From assembly GCF_036321535.1 (NCBI RefSeq), contig NC_087436.1, positions 116,934,001 to 116,998,000 on the forward strand: DNA of 64,000 nucleotides. Direction: 5' to 3'. Below the pieces are notes generated by a model. The model saw only the letters and a list, made by a program, of their open reading frames with translations. It did not search any database and was not told the origin of the DNA. Origin of the DNA: Camelus dromedarius (taxonomy: Eukaryota). Within the stretch, counting starts at the first letter, position 1. The number at the start of each line of letters is the position of its first letter. This document shows positions 52,425 through 64,000 of the stretch, piece by piece. The position numbers were made by a program, and so were the translations under genes.

Positions 52425-53072
52425 CAGTAGTTCCCCTTTATCCTTGGGGGATGTGTTCCAAGACCCTCAGTGGGTGGTTGAAACTGCTGATAGAATACAT
52501 AGGGCTTGGTACTATGTTTTCCCTATACCTGTGATAAAGTTTAATTATAAATTAGGCACAGTAAGAGGTTGACAACTAATACAATAGAACAGTTATAAAG
52601 ATACACTGTAACAAAAGTTATATAAATGTGTTCTCTCTCGCTCTCAATTTCTTCTTGTATAAATTTAATGCCTTTTCCATCTTGAGCACCCTTATCTTTT
52701 CACTTAAGGCACTTTGCGGCTTCTTTTTGGCATATATGAATTGCCAGCATCACTACTTTTACGCTTTAGGGCCATTAAGTAAGATAAAGTTTACTTGAAT
52801 ACAAGCGCTGGGATACTGCGATAGTCGATCTGGTAACTAAGATGGCTACTAAGTGACTACCAGGCAGAATACGCTGGACAAAGGGATAGTTCACATCCTA
52901 GGTGAGACAGAGCGGGACAGCATGAGATTTCATCATGCTACTCAGGATGGCATGCAGTTTAAAACTTATGAATTGTTTATTTCTGGAATTTTTCGTTTAC
53001 TATTTCAGACCATAGTTGACCACGTTAACTGAAACCATGAAAAGCCCAACTGTGGATAATGGGGGGACTATG
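52425..53072 (-). mobile_element. MER44/Tigger7-type DNA transposon (non-autonomous)
   Basis: TA followed by TIR 'cagtagttcccctttatcc', and 'ggataatggggggactatg' at the far end. Internal antisense sequence encodes the transposase start MALKRKSSDAGNSYMPKRSRKV. Confidence 0.9.
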
Positions 53073-55224
53073 GTAGTTGGAATGGAAGGAGTCTAAACAG
53101 GCTCCATTCTTGGATAAATAATGTTAAACTGCCAGCAAAGATCAGTGCACAAAATCTGAAGCACCTTAGTAGGAGCCAAGGAGGAGTCTTAATTGGAGCT
53201 ATAACATGCCAAGACTTCATCATAGCAGCTCGCCATTGAAGACTTAAACAGGCTTATACCTTTGCTCTTTAAGGCATGGGAAGGAATGTATGAGAAGAAG
53301 GTATACACCAGGAGGCCACTACAAGCTCAGAAATCCGTCACTTGAAGTCATTAACTGTAACTCCCCCTCAGCAAAATTGTATTGACTGAATTGATCTGGC
53401 CCCTTCTGCAGGGGGAGTCATGACAGGGCACTCCAGACTCACAGTGGTCTCATCCCTGAGGACCAAGTAGACTCAGTCCACTGGTTGAATTCTCACCAGC
53501 TTTACTGCCAGAGGAACTGAGAGGCACGTGTCTTCAGAATCACAGTTGTCCAGTGAGGTACCTGCCTTGCATGCGTGTTGGTCAGCAGGGTGGCCAAGAA
53601 AAGCAAACCCTTTACCCTACACGCTAAAACAAGTTCTTTGTGAAAAACAGCCCTTTTTGAAATACAGTCCTAGCATCATAGTTTACTGCAGCCACCTCTC
53701 TCCTAGGGTCTCTCAGCCATTCTCCATGGGGAAGCGTGGCCAGGAATAAATAAATGAGCTCATTCCCAAAAGTCATGACCAACATGCCTCTCCCATCCAG
53801 AAACGGTATCTGGATCAGAATTTGGGGCCAAAGGTCTGTCTTTCCAATCAATCTGACACTATGGGACTGTAATGGTTCTGGAATTCTCATCCATGTCTCG
53901 CAGATGGGCCTTGTCTGCCCAGACAGAAGAGACAGTGATGCCTAAGATAAGTGTTTTCCCACCACGGTCTGGTACATTCACATGACTATTGGTGCCAAAG
54001 GCTTTCAGGGAACAGAGGGCATCCAGCTCTGGCCTTCTACCATTTAGATCTTTGCTTCTCTGGGGAAATTTCAATGAACAGCACCTGAACATGTTTTTGG
54101 AATACATCCTGGTGCCACACAGCTGTACATTCAACTTACGCCGGGGACATCTCAGCCAATACCAAGAGAACTAGTTTTAACTAGAGCCTTTCTGCCAAGA
54201 TCTATACTCAAGAAGAAGAGCTACCACCAGCACTCATAGGACAAACAGCTGTCACCTAGAGGGCACCAACTTGAAGCCAAACCTACACTTCTCCCTGAAT
54301 AGATTAAAGTAGGATCAAGAAATTGAGATACAGTCATTATCAAAGATGAAATAGTGGATATTTGTCAAAGAATATGAAGTCATGAAACAGATGGAAACAT
54401 TCAGATAAAATACTCTCTAAAAATGTATCAAAGAAATGGTAGAATTGTGGCTGAAGATTTGGTTTAAGGAACTCTCTCAGCATCATCAAGAAGAGGAAAG
54501 GCAAAAGCGTGGAAGACAGTGTTTTCATTGCAACCACTCAAACATCCCTCTTCTCAGGGGCCCCCAGAGCTCAAGGTAGAGGGCAGCACAGACGTCCCGA
54601 GTCCCAGCCGTGGTGGACAGGTGGTCGATTCACCCACGGTGCCTGCTGTGCTCAGAGAGCTCACTGACTGAGTTACAGAAAACATATTAGGCGTAGCAGG
54701 GGGCAGTGGACGTTACGTCATATGTTTACGAAGTCATCATTTCTGTCAGTATAAAATACCATCCTTATTAATGGCAATGCAGATTTTTGACCCTGATTCT
54801 ACATTGAAGTCTAGAGCTACAGAGCCTAGAACTATAGCACATTAAAAATCATTAGTTTTTGTAAGAACTGAAAAAGAATATTCAGTGTTAGATTCTGATC
54901 TAGTCGATCCTGATTCTTGCTGGACTATTCAGAATCAAGAAAACCTGAAAACTAGTTTCTCTTTGAAAGCATCCATCAAGATGAACCACAGAAATGGGCT
55001 TACAGATGGAACAATTTCTTATGGGAAACACCCATTCTTAAGATGAGCAGTGTGGCCACTGAGGAAGGTGGGCACCTGCCACATGACATATCTGGAGGCC
55101 ATGAGGATTTTGTTCCTGTCTCATGAGAAAATGTCAGGCAAGAACTTTTCCTAACTGACAAATTAGGAAATTCATCTTTACCTCCTGTTCAACTCATCCT
55201 GCAAGAAAAGTCAGGGCTGGTTCC

Positions 55225-55670
55225 TGTAGGCCCCTGTCTGAAGGCTCTAGAGAATAAGCCATGGGCTGAACTGATAAACAAGCTATGAGGAATGTCACGT
55301 ATCCAGGCTGGATAAGAAATGGCCTACTTAATGTATCCAGTATGGATGGTTGGATAGCCAGTGACGGGTAAGATCCTCAGAGGAGGACAACCTAAGACAG
55401 GCGCAGCCGGCTGGATAAGAGATGGCCTACTTAATGAAGTTTCGTGGCGAACTTTCAAACAATCTGTCCTTGATCATGTAACATCCTGTGCTTACTGCAG
55501 GAGCTTAGGGACCTAAATAGCTTAAGATTATTAACATTGTTATAACTTAGATGATATGTGAGGCACTGTGCAAGTCCTATATAAATCCTTTTCTAAGAAT
55601 CAGTAAAGAGAGAACTGCTTCACTTCTCTCCGCACAGTGTTCGTGTGTACATGGTATCGCACCACCGACA
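55225..55670 (+). mobile_element. Young solo LTR (probably class III/ERVL-type)
   Basis: TG...CA termini; perfect 5-bp TSD GTTCC (55220-55224 and 55671-55675); TATATAAA at 55578; AGTAAA at 55602; internal 28-bp direct repeat. Paralogous units show the empty site. Confidence 0.92.
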
Positions 55671-57069
55671 GTTCCATTAAGAGGACACAGCTGTGTTACA
55701 ACCGTGTCGGAAGCTCAACTTAAGATCAGGACAAAGGGATAACATGGTCTTTTCAGAGATATGATCAGCCAGTGGGTCGGCCCTGCACACAGCATGGGCA
55801 TTGCCAACCCCTGAACCTCAATCCTTCACCACCTGACAGACAAGGGGCAGAGTGTGGAAGACCAAGACCTGGACGCACAGGTATGGGAGATGGAAGGAGG
55901 GCACCTGAGCAGCCCAGGGCCACAATAAGTCCTGCCCTTGTCATCGACATCCCTGGGGGCAAGATGAAGTGACTCTCCCCCAGAGCAGGCAGGCGGTAAG
56001 AAACTCCACTTGGACCATCTAAATACTCTAGCTTAGAAATGTCCCTCGTAAGGGCACTGAAGAATAGGTTTCAGGAAGACATAGGTCAAATAAGGACCTA
56101 GGCTTTGGCCAGCAGAGGCTGGGATGATGGAGGTCAAACACCACACACAGCAAGAAGGGGAAGCCAGAGCCAAACACACTTGGCCACATCTTCCCTAGAA
56201 GCCAGCACAGGGTCCAGTTGATCCAGGCACGTGGTCTAGGCCTGCCAGGGACTGCCAGCAGAGGGGGTTCAACACGTCCCTTTTCCTTCTCAATACAACC
56301 TTAGGAGTTTTAGGTGGGGGAGTTGGCGGTGGGGGACAGCATGACCAGACTAGGTTACTAGACTCGAGGGGAGCCAAGGAAGGTAGGATGTCAGGAGAGA
56401 ATAAATTCATTAAACAAAAGCATCAAGTGTTCAAATTCAAATGGGATGTAGCCACTTCTTAAAAGTGAAAACACTTTATGAAAACTATTGACAAAAAACC
56501 CAAGATCTTACATAATATTTCCTCAAAGCAAGAGGTAGATAGCAATGAAATGCAATAGTTGACATATGCATGTGGAAATCTCAATTTGCTGATCTCCATT
56601 ATATACCAATGAAGAAATCAGCCATAGCGTTTTTACAATATTTATCTTAGAATAACTCATGACTTGTAAGGGAGGTCTGTGATGAGGGAGATTTAGTTTT
56701 ACATCCTCAACAAAGTCTCATCTATTTATTTGTGGAAGAGAATGAGTCATACAAAGGCAAGTCATCCCTTGAATACAAGGGAATTTAATTTTGTTAGTTT
56801 GGGGCACCCTATGATATTTAATACACACAGACATTGTGGGAGGCAGAGATGGCAACAAGGCTAAATGAGATGAGAGGGGTATAAAAAAATCTCTTCCCAG
56901 AGGAGGGAAAATTTTCCACCACAGGAAGATAGCACAGCCAGCATCTTACTGCAGTCAGCACTGAACTAGTCCCTCTTCTGCTAAGAGGGAAGTCCAGGAG
57001 GCTGGCATTCCACGGGAAGGACTGGGTTGCCCAGCGCTACACCCTGACCCTTTGTCCCCTTAGTTTCAT

Positions 57070-57875
57070 ACAGAGTCCCAGCTCAGCAGTGCAGGGGAAC
57101 TGATGGCTCAGGGGAGGGGCTGCAAAGAACATGGCAGATAGAGTGAGTGGGTAAATGGCCAGACTTTTGACCCCAGGAGGCACAATTATGAGATGCATTC
57201 TACATGGCACTTTATGGGGAGCCAAGTGGGACTGAGTGACCAGCTGAGTAGTAACCACTTCAGGGGCTGCTCCCTTTGACTGGTGTCAGGTTCCCCACTG
57301 CCCCGGGCTTCCTGGGGATCACTTCCAAATAAACTACCATAAAGCAGACAGATAACAGCACCCCTCAAACTTGTTAACATCTTAATCCTTGGGGCCTGTA
57401 AACATGTGACACTACATGACAAGGGGGAGTTAAGACAAAAGAGGGAATTAGGTTTGCTGATCAGCTGATCTTAAATCAAGGAGATTAACCTGGATTATGC
57501 AACATGAGCCCAGTTATTCACAAGAGCAAAGTAAGATGAGGTAAGAGTCGGATTTCAATATGCACTGCCAACTTTGACGCTGAGAGAGAGTCCAAGACTT
57601 TGAGCACAAGCCAGGACTCCTGGGGTCTTTCAGAAGGTGGATAAAGCAGGGAAACAAACTTGCACCACCAAAAGGGATACGAAGCCTGCCAACACCTTGA
57701 TTTTACCCAAGAGACCCATTTCGCACTCTTGACCTCCAGAACTCTAAGATAAAGTTTGCCTTCACTTAGGCCCCTAACCTGGTGGTCCTTTAGTTACACA
57801 AGCAGTAGGAATACAGTGCTTGTCCAAAATTCTTATTTCAGGTTCTCCATTCAAAAGGAATCTATTATTAACTCA
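57070..57875 (+). mobile_element. LTR16-like remnant interrupted by MLT1D
   Basis: 'ggatcacttccaaataaactacc' lies directly before the insert and 'tgcttgtccaaaattcttatttcagg' after it. Confidence 0.75.
57339..57815 (+). mobile_element. MLT1D-like MaLR LTR
   Basis: 'gcctgccaacaccttgatttt...gagacccatttc...gacctccagaact' is the canonical MLT1 3' half. Confidence 0.85.
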
Positions 57876-59899
57876 CTGAGGCTTTTCTTCAAATAATATG
57901 CCTCATAAATATTCTTTCCTTGGCAGCACTGATCAAGGAAATAAAGGCAATAAAAATAGTAACATATCATGCCATCCCAACCTACAGATGAGGGTATTAT
58001 TCAGACTGTTCAATAAACTTCAAATACATAAGTGTATTTCTATGAAAGGAACTAAATATAGCATTAAAAACCTTCCCCAAAAGAATTTTCTGGGCCCAGT
58101 TAGCCTCCTTATAGGATTCTACTACCAGTTCAGCCAGAAATGCATCACTCACGTACAAATTATTCCAAAAAATAGAAAAAGACAGGTTTCTCTAAAGGGC
58201 CCCCTCTCCCCTGGCAACTAAGTGGATTGTCTCAGACTTCTGGTCTCCTTCTCAACTTGTCCCCCAAAGAGGCCAAGATGCCATGAGAGGCCTTGCATTT
58301 CAGAAAGGACCAGGAGCTGTATTCAGCAGAGCATCCAGAAGAGGTGGTATGATTCCTACCAGGCTCTGACAAACAGCCCTGAGTCTCCGCTGTCCTCTCC
58401 TACAGTAGCCACGGTCCAGGCCCTCTAACCACCTCACCCAGGACAACTGAAAGCACAACCTGAAAGGGGAATCCCGGGAAAGCAAGCTCAGCTGCTGTTT
58501 GCACATCACAGAAGGTAGCCCCTTCTCACCCTTTGCCCCACTGGCCTGGCAGCCCAGGATACTAACACCCAGGTGATGGGACGGACTCAGAACCCTGCTC
58601 CTCGGAACCCTGAGCCCCTCCTGCCTGGAGAAGGTGCTGGTCTGTTCCCAGACTTTCTGTGACATGTTTCAGTTAGTACCAAAGGCATCAAGGGAAGTCA
58701 GAGTCTCCACTCTGCGCTTCCTGTATTCAGAACTTCCCCTCCCCGGGTGAGCTCCCAAGATGCAGCACTTACCAGTGACCGTTCTGAGAAACTGCCATTC
58801 GCCTCGAGGGAATGACCTCTGCTCTTCAAGAGGTGATCTGTGACTGGGGGACTGTGTGACCTCCTCCTCCGTCCAAGAGTCACAGGAACACTGGGGTCAC
58901 ACACAGCCCAGCTAAAACTGACAAGGCAGCTGTTCCTCATCTAACCCAGAAGGGTTTGGTTCCAGGTGCAGCCCATATACAGCCACTCCCCCAGGCAAGA
59001 GGGAGTTAGGGGCAGAGGGTGGGCTGGGTGCAGGGTGGCAGTGCAGGCGTGAGAAGCAGACTTCGCAGTCCGGCCTCCGGAACTAGGCAGCCGAGGAGTT
59101 TGCCAGGTCCAGGCTATGCAGTGACCCTGCCCGTCTGTAGCAACCTGATGAAGATATTAGAGTGAACCTTTGTATAAAGTGCCTCTCACTGCAGAGCTGC
59201 TTACTGGGAGCTGGGCAGTGACTATGTCAGGATTCCATCGAATATTCCATCAGCCATGTGGCTCCAAGGATTCACCTGCCCCTTACGAGATTCTAGCATG
59301 TACTGCTATGGGTTAGTGAACGAGGGCATATTTAAGATTCACAGAACTGACACACTTCTACGTAGCCTGCTATGGGAGCCATAATAACTCAACCCCACTG
59401 AAAGGAGACACTTGCTCATTTTAAGAGAGTGCTGACCATTGGGGCCTCCAAAGAACTGTCTGGAAGTGATTAACGTCCAAGCCAAAAAAGTGCTTAGAGG
59501 ACATTCTTAGATGATGATGGGGCAGATTTATGCCCCTCACCTTGAATTGCTGCCTGCTCTCTCACCAGATGAAGCAGGACTCAGGAACCTTCCTTCACAG
59601 CGTCTGGTCATCCCGCAGTTCTTCCCTGCATAGTGGCTCATGCTCTGGAGCTGGGTTCTCCCAGGGCATCACAGGAGGATGAATGTTGGGAGTTCAGCTA
59701 TGGAATCATGATAGGCTTACTCCACAGGTACTGAGACCATCCCTCTTTCTCCTGAAAGGAGAAACTAGGAGGTTTGACATTCTTCTGGATGAACGAGTGG
59801 TAGAGGCTAGGCATGTTCCACGCCACGATTTCTGTGCCTACTTGTTTTGGGCACAGCCTCGAGGATACCAACATGCATGTTGCCTGCATCTCAGTTGTT

Positions 59900-61200
59900 T
59901 AACACTGATCTCTGAGGCAGCATTGCCAGATAGGGAAAACAAGATATTGATTTAAAAACCTTGAAAAGACTGGAAAGAGATGTTCACAGGAGACCTAAAA
60001 AAGCTCCAAGCATATTTCTGGGACTTTAGAAGGCCACACACAGGTGCATGGCTATGCACACACCATAAAAAGACCTGAGAAAGCCTAATTTCTTATTTCT
60101 TGCTGACCTTGAGTCTCTCACAGTGGAGAATAAAGGCTAAGGAAGAGTTAAAACTGCCAGATAATTAAAGGTGTGCCCCAGCACACACAGAGCACCTCAT
60201 CCACAACTGGAAGTCTTATTGGTCCAAAACATTTAAGGAAACAGCCCTCTCATTGGGTCATTAAGATAACTGAGCAGAGACTTCAGTGGCTGAACATGAA
60301 GAATTAAGACCTGGCAGAATTCTCCGAAGGTCACTAAGCAAACAGCGACAACAAACCCTGGATTGGAGCAACCTAATCCATAGAGTTGCCTGTGATTTCC
60401 AAAGTTGCCCATTGTAAGTGTCCAACTTAACTACAAGTTGAGGCGTAGCAAAAAAATAAAGCCCCCACACACAGAGGAATTCAGTCAGTAGACACTGTCC
60501 CTGAGGAAATCTAGATGTTGTACTTACTACTAAAAAAATAACTTCCATCAGTTATTATCTTAAATACATTCAAAAAGTAAAGGAAAGCATGTGTAAAGTA
60601 TGAGAACAATGTCTCATCAAGAAGAAAACATCAATAGAATTTTTAAAGAATGAAATGGAAACGTGAGTTGCAAGATACAGAAACAAATTCGCTTGAAAAG
60701 CTCAGTTGCTGATTCACTCTTCCACCAGCTCATATCTAACTTGGGGGTAAGTTAGTTGAGGTTACAGTGAGAACAGCAAGAAAGTAACAGAGCCTCAGAC
60801 ACCTGTAGATGCTAGCATCAAGCAGACCAGCATGTCCATAACGGTGGTACCAGGAGAGGATAGAGAAAAGGGCAGAAAGAATATTTGAAGAAATGGCTGT
60901 AACCTCCCAGATTGGTTACAAACATCTGACACATCCAGGAAGCTCAGTGAACTCCATCCAAAGTAGGATAAACTCACAACTAGACACATAGTCCAACTGT
61001 TGAAAGAACCTTGAAGGAAAAGAAAAGCCATTCATCACATACAAGGGAGCCTCAATAAGATTAACAGCTGATTTCTCATCAGATGCCATGGAGACCAGAA
61101 GGCATTAGGACCACAAATTGAAAATGTTGAAGGAAAAAGACTTTCAACCAAGAATTCTTTACCCAATGAAATTAGCCTTAAAAAATGAATTAACATAATT
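59900..61200 (+). mobile_element. Old L1 5'UTR/ORF1 (L1M4/L1MD-like)
   Basis: 'aagacctgagaaagcct...ctgaccttgag' from the 5'UTR and 'ataagattaacagctgatttctcatcaga...atggagaccagaagg' from ORF1. L1 sequence resumes briefly after 61771. Confidence 0.8.
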
Positions 61201-61201
61201 C

Positions 61202-61771
61202 TGCTAGGCAGTTAGATAGAAATGAGCACTGGGCAGGAGGAGAGGAAGGGGAAAGGAACAACCCAGAAAGTAACAGTATGTCTGCATTCAGGATAAGGGA
61301 CTCCGGAAATTTTTACTTTCTCTAAATGAGGGCCAGCAAAAGAAGCCAGTTAAAATCAAAACGCTGCAGCTGCGTATAAGAGAAGGCCCCAGCGTAACTT
61401 GACCCAATGCCCATTATAATGTAATTAACATTGCAGTTTGAGCCCCCTCCCATAGGTTTCTCTGTGTGTTTCATGGGTAAAAACCTGCCCAAAAGGGGAT
61501 GGGCATGCCAGAGCACAAGGAACCTGAGCTGTCAATCAACTTGATCACTCAAAGAACCTGAGTCATTAATCAATCAATTAATCACAAAAGTACCCCTAAG
61601 CCAAGATATAAGATGGAAAAACAAAAGAGTGGCACCATATTTCCTCTTGGACTGGCCCGCTCCCAATTCTTGGGAGTGTACTATATCACTCTTTCTGTCT
61701 CTCCTTAAAAATTCTTTCTTTTTAGGGGACTAAGAACTGAGGTAATTCTTACTTCCCTTTTCCTGGTAACA
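61202..61771 (+). mobile_element. Solo ERV1-type LTR inserted in L1 ORF1
   Basis: Termini 'tgctaggcagttagatag...' and '...ttcctggtaaca'; TATA-like 'gatataag' at ~61605. L1 ORF1 continues on both sides; the TSD is imperfect. Confidence 0.8.
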
Positions 61772-62439
61772 CTCTCAGATGAAGAAAACCTGAGGTGACA
61801 GTCCCATCTTATCCCACTTTCCCATCCTTGACTAGACAAGTTTTGGTACAAAACAGGGCAATTCAAAAGCCCACATTCTACTCACAATGGCCTCTTTTCA
61901 GACGGAGAATGAGATAACTTGGCCCTTGATTTGATGGTCCCCTCAGTCAATCTCTAGTTTATTTCTTCACAGAAATGTATGCCAGAGAAACTGAGAGGAA
62001 TAAACACGAACTCAAGCAGGCTGGAATGGCTCTGCCGACCATTCCTGCAGGAAAGGAGGCATAGTTATCCTCTCAGGAGAGGAGCAAGTTGTGGTGGATG
62101 AGGTAGGTGGGAACAGTGTTTCGTTTCAACAGCCCTTCCTTATGCTCCCTTTGGGAAGAGGGAGCCACGTAGGCAGCACATGGGCACTTGCTTCAAGTAG
62201 TCAGGCATCTGAGTCAATACACAAGAGACTGGATTTCAGTTCACTCTGAGTACCTGGTCCTGATACAATTGAAGTGGAAAAGACAGAATGCTTTCCTGTC
62301 CGGACAAACTGTAAAAACTGAGCACCACAGTGAGCAGGACTGAGGGTCATTTCTAGAAAAGACTTGTAAGTAACAAGTTCTTTTGGATGTGGCTCCTCTC
62401 TTGTGGCATAAGGTCATCAAGTTCCTCCTTACTCGACGT

Positions 62440-62682
62440 CTGACTGCTTCATGTAATTGGGCTGCTCACACTCACAGAGCAGGCAGAAGACAACGGGGCA
62501 AACCCAACAGAGCACCTCCCTGTTTGGAAATCCTCGGTGGAATTTGGCCATTAAACATATTTGGGTCTCAGAGGAGCCCACACAAACAGAACTGCTCCCA
62601 CCAACCCACAGACCTATGAGGACAAGAATAAACAGTTCTTACGGTAGAACCTCTGCGGTTTGGGCCTTGTTTGCTAACTGAC
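62440..62682 (+). mobile_element. Old MLT1 (J/K-like) LTR 3' fragment
   Basis: 'ccaacccacagacctatgag...aataaacagtt...gctaactgaca'. Confidence 0.55.
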
Positions 62683-63914
62683 AAGATTCTCTCACAGAGA
62701 GCTTCTGAGTCATTCAGCACTGCTGCGCTGACTTGTGGCTCATCCTCAAATGCTGGTTTCAAGTTAGGCGGGCACCCAATACAGCCAACTGCCGGGCAAG
62801 ACAGCCTGGCACATGAGCTCTCTAGACTTCACTGCCAAACGCCTCACATGCTCTAGAAACCGGGTGGGAGCCTACAGCATTCTCTCACCCATGCCTCGGG
62901 GATGAAATTAGCAGCTAAACAGACTCATTTCATACAGAAATAAGGTTCTTCTGATAAATACCACCATTTTAGTTCTTCATTTTGTACATCAACTTAAAGT
63001 ATTGATTCTGGGAATAAATGAGGATTTTTTGCCATATAATGCTGAATATCAAGTTTTGCTTTTCACATAAACATGTTTTTGTTGTTTTTAGTTACTTAGA
63101 GGACTGGTGGGATTTCCCAAGCAGATACCTAGGCTGGTAAGTTTTGCCCTCAAAGTAGGAGCCTTTCACTTGAAAATACTACTCTGAGGATCTACTATTG
63201 GATAAGTGACCATTTCCATTAGGCATTTTAGCTTGCTTGCTTTCTAGGAGAGAAAAAAACGCAATAGACTTGCTGAAAAATGCGTCATTTTGTAGAAACA
63301 AAGGATTACACTTGAATACAAGTGAGTAATCTAACTCGACCCTCCTCAGGGACTCTACAGCCAGGATGAAGTCATCAACATGGTCCTGGAATACAAAGGC
63401 ACAGGAGACAAACAGCTCTCCTGACCCCCCAGCACAGACAAACTGCAGAGGTGGTAGGTTGAGAAATACCTTTAGACACACCCTCAACTTTTGAGGTTCC
63501 ACTAGAAGATTATGACCGCATTCGCCATCCCATGACAGACAGGAGGAGGAGATAAAACTCTCAGCATGAGGTAATAAAATTTCCATAGTAAATAGTGCAG
63601 TGCAGCCAATTTTATGCTAACACGACACAACTTAACATTTGGTTGTGAACTTGGCTTTTACCTTTGGGCAAGACTAGAGAGTGAAAGACATTCCAGAATA
63701 GAAGACCACCTTGGGGCACAGTAACCAGGCTGCCCTCCAAGTGTCAGCCAAATGACTGAGAAAGGCGGGGTTGACCATATCTGACTTCAAGAGAAAACCC
63801 TCCTTCTGGTAAACGTGTCCTTCTTGTCCCCAAAAGATTCCTGTACATATGATGGGTCACCCCTATCCTTGAAGGGCTCCACCCTGTGGTCAAAATTTTC
63901 CTTCCTTTCCTTCT

Positions 63915-64000
63915 AAATATTTGGTATAATTAATATACAATATTATATTTCAGAAGTACAGCTTGATGATTCAATATTCACATATTGTGTAATGATCACA
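63915..64000 (-). mobile_element. L1 3' end (runs off the window)
   Basis: 'tacaatattatatttcagaagtacagcttgatgattcaatatt...aatgatcac' is an antisense L1MA-type 3'UTR terminus. Confidence 0.7.

Larger units (their letters stand above)
51720..55700 (+). repeat. Core array unit, subtype I (with private MER44 and LTR insertions)
   Basis: Anchors at ~52134, 53435, 53994, 54135, 54985 and 55128. Confidence 0.85.
2250..62000 (+). repeat. Ancient same-orientation array of shuffled paralogous multi-kb modules
   Basis: Anchor motifs recur in a conserved order. Examples: 'gccaaaggctttcag' (~4647, 10631, 30280, 45443, 53994); 'cagactcaca' (~10102, 29750, 44887, 53435); 'gaaccacagga.tgggcttacag' (~5680, 11415, 31283, 54985); 'ggtggacca.c.ttcaacagga' (~2555, 21225, 25470, 32830). 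Confidence 0.9.

Noticed and set aside
62326..62353. CACAGTG heptamer as a V(D)J recombination signal
   Set aside because: No ACAAAAACC-like nonamer at 12 or 23 bp and no adjacent V, D or J segment.
63179..63586. 135-aa ATG-initiated minus-strand ORF in non-repeated sequence
   Set aside because: No recognisable domain or motif; an ORF this long can arise by chance in 64 kb. BLASTP or PhyloCSF would settle it.

Overview
Placental-mammal genomic DNA. The L1 5'UTR and inter-ORF style suggest Laurasiatheria; this is an inference. I find no intact protein-coding gene. Most of the window (about 2.3-62 kb) is an ancient, same-orientation array of shuffled multi-kb paralogous modules. It has at least 8 copies of a 2-4 kb core, roughly 60-75% identical by eye. 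The array contains: (1) three decayed, apparently intronless copies of the early-embryo PRD-class homeobox gene LEUTX (~14.1, ~23.1, ~34.7 kb) that share lesions; (2) a 5'-complete, 3'-truncated ferritin light chain (FTL) retrocopy with a damaged iron-responsive element, inside a local inversion/deletion; (3) a ~670-bp pair about 96% identical within much more diverged flanks, probably a gene-conversion tract, holding an exon-like segment; (4) reiterated promoter- and exon-like modules that could belong to a spliced non-coding transcript. Transposons give a relative chronology: LTR16, MLT1D/E/K and old L1 pieces are shared between units, while a MER44/Tigger7, a young solo LTR with a 5-bp TSD and several L1s are private to one unit. 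I recognised no SINE. Family names come from remembered consensus sequences and need database confirmation. Coordinates of decayed elements are approximate.
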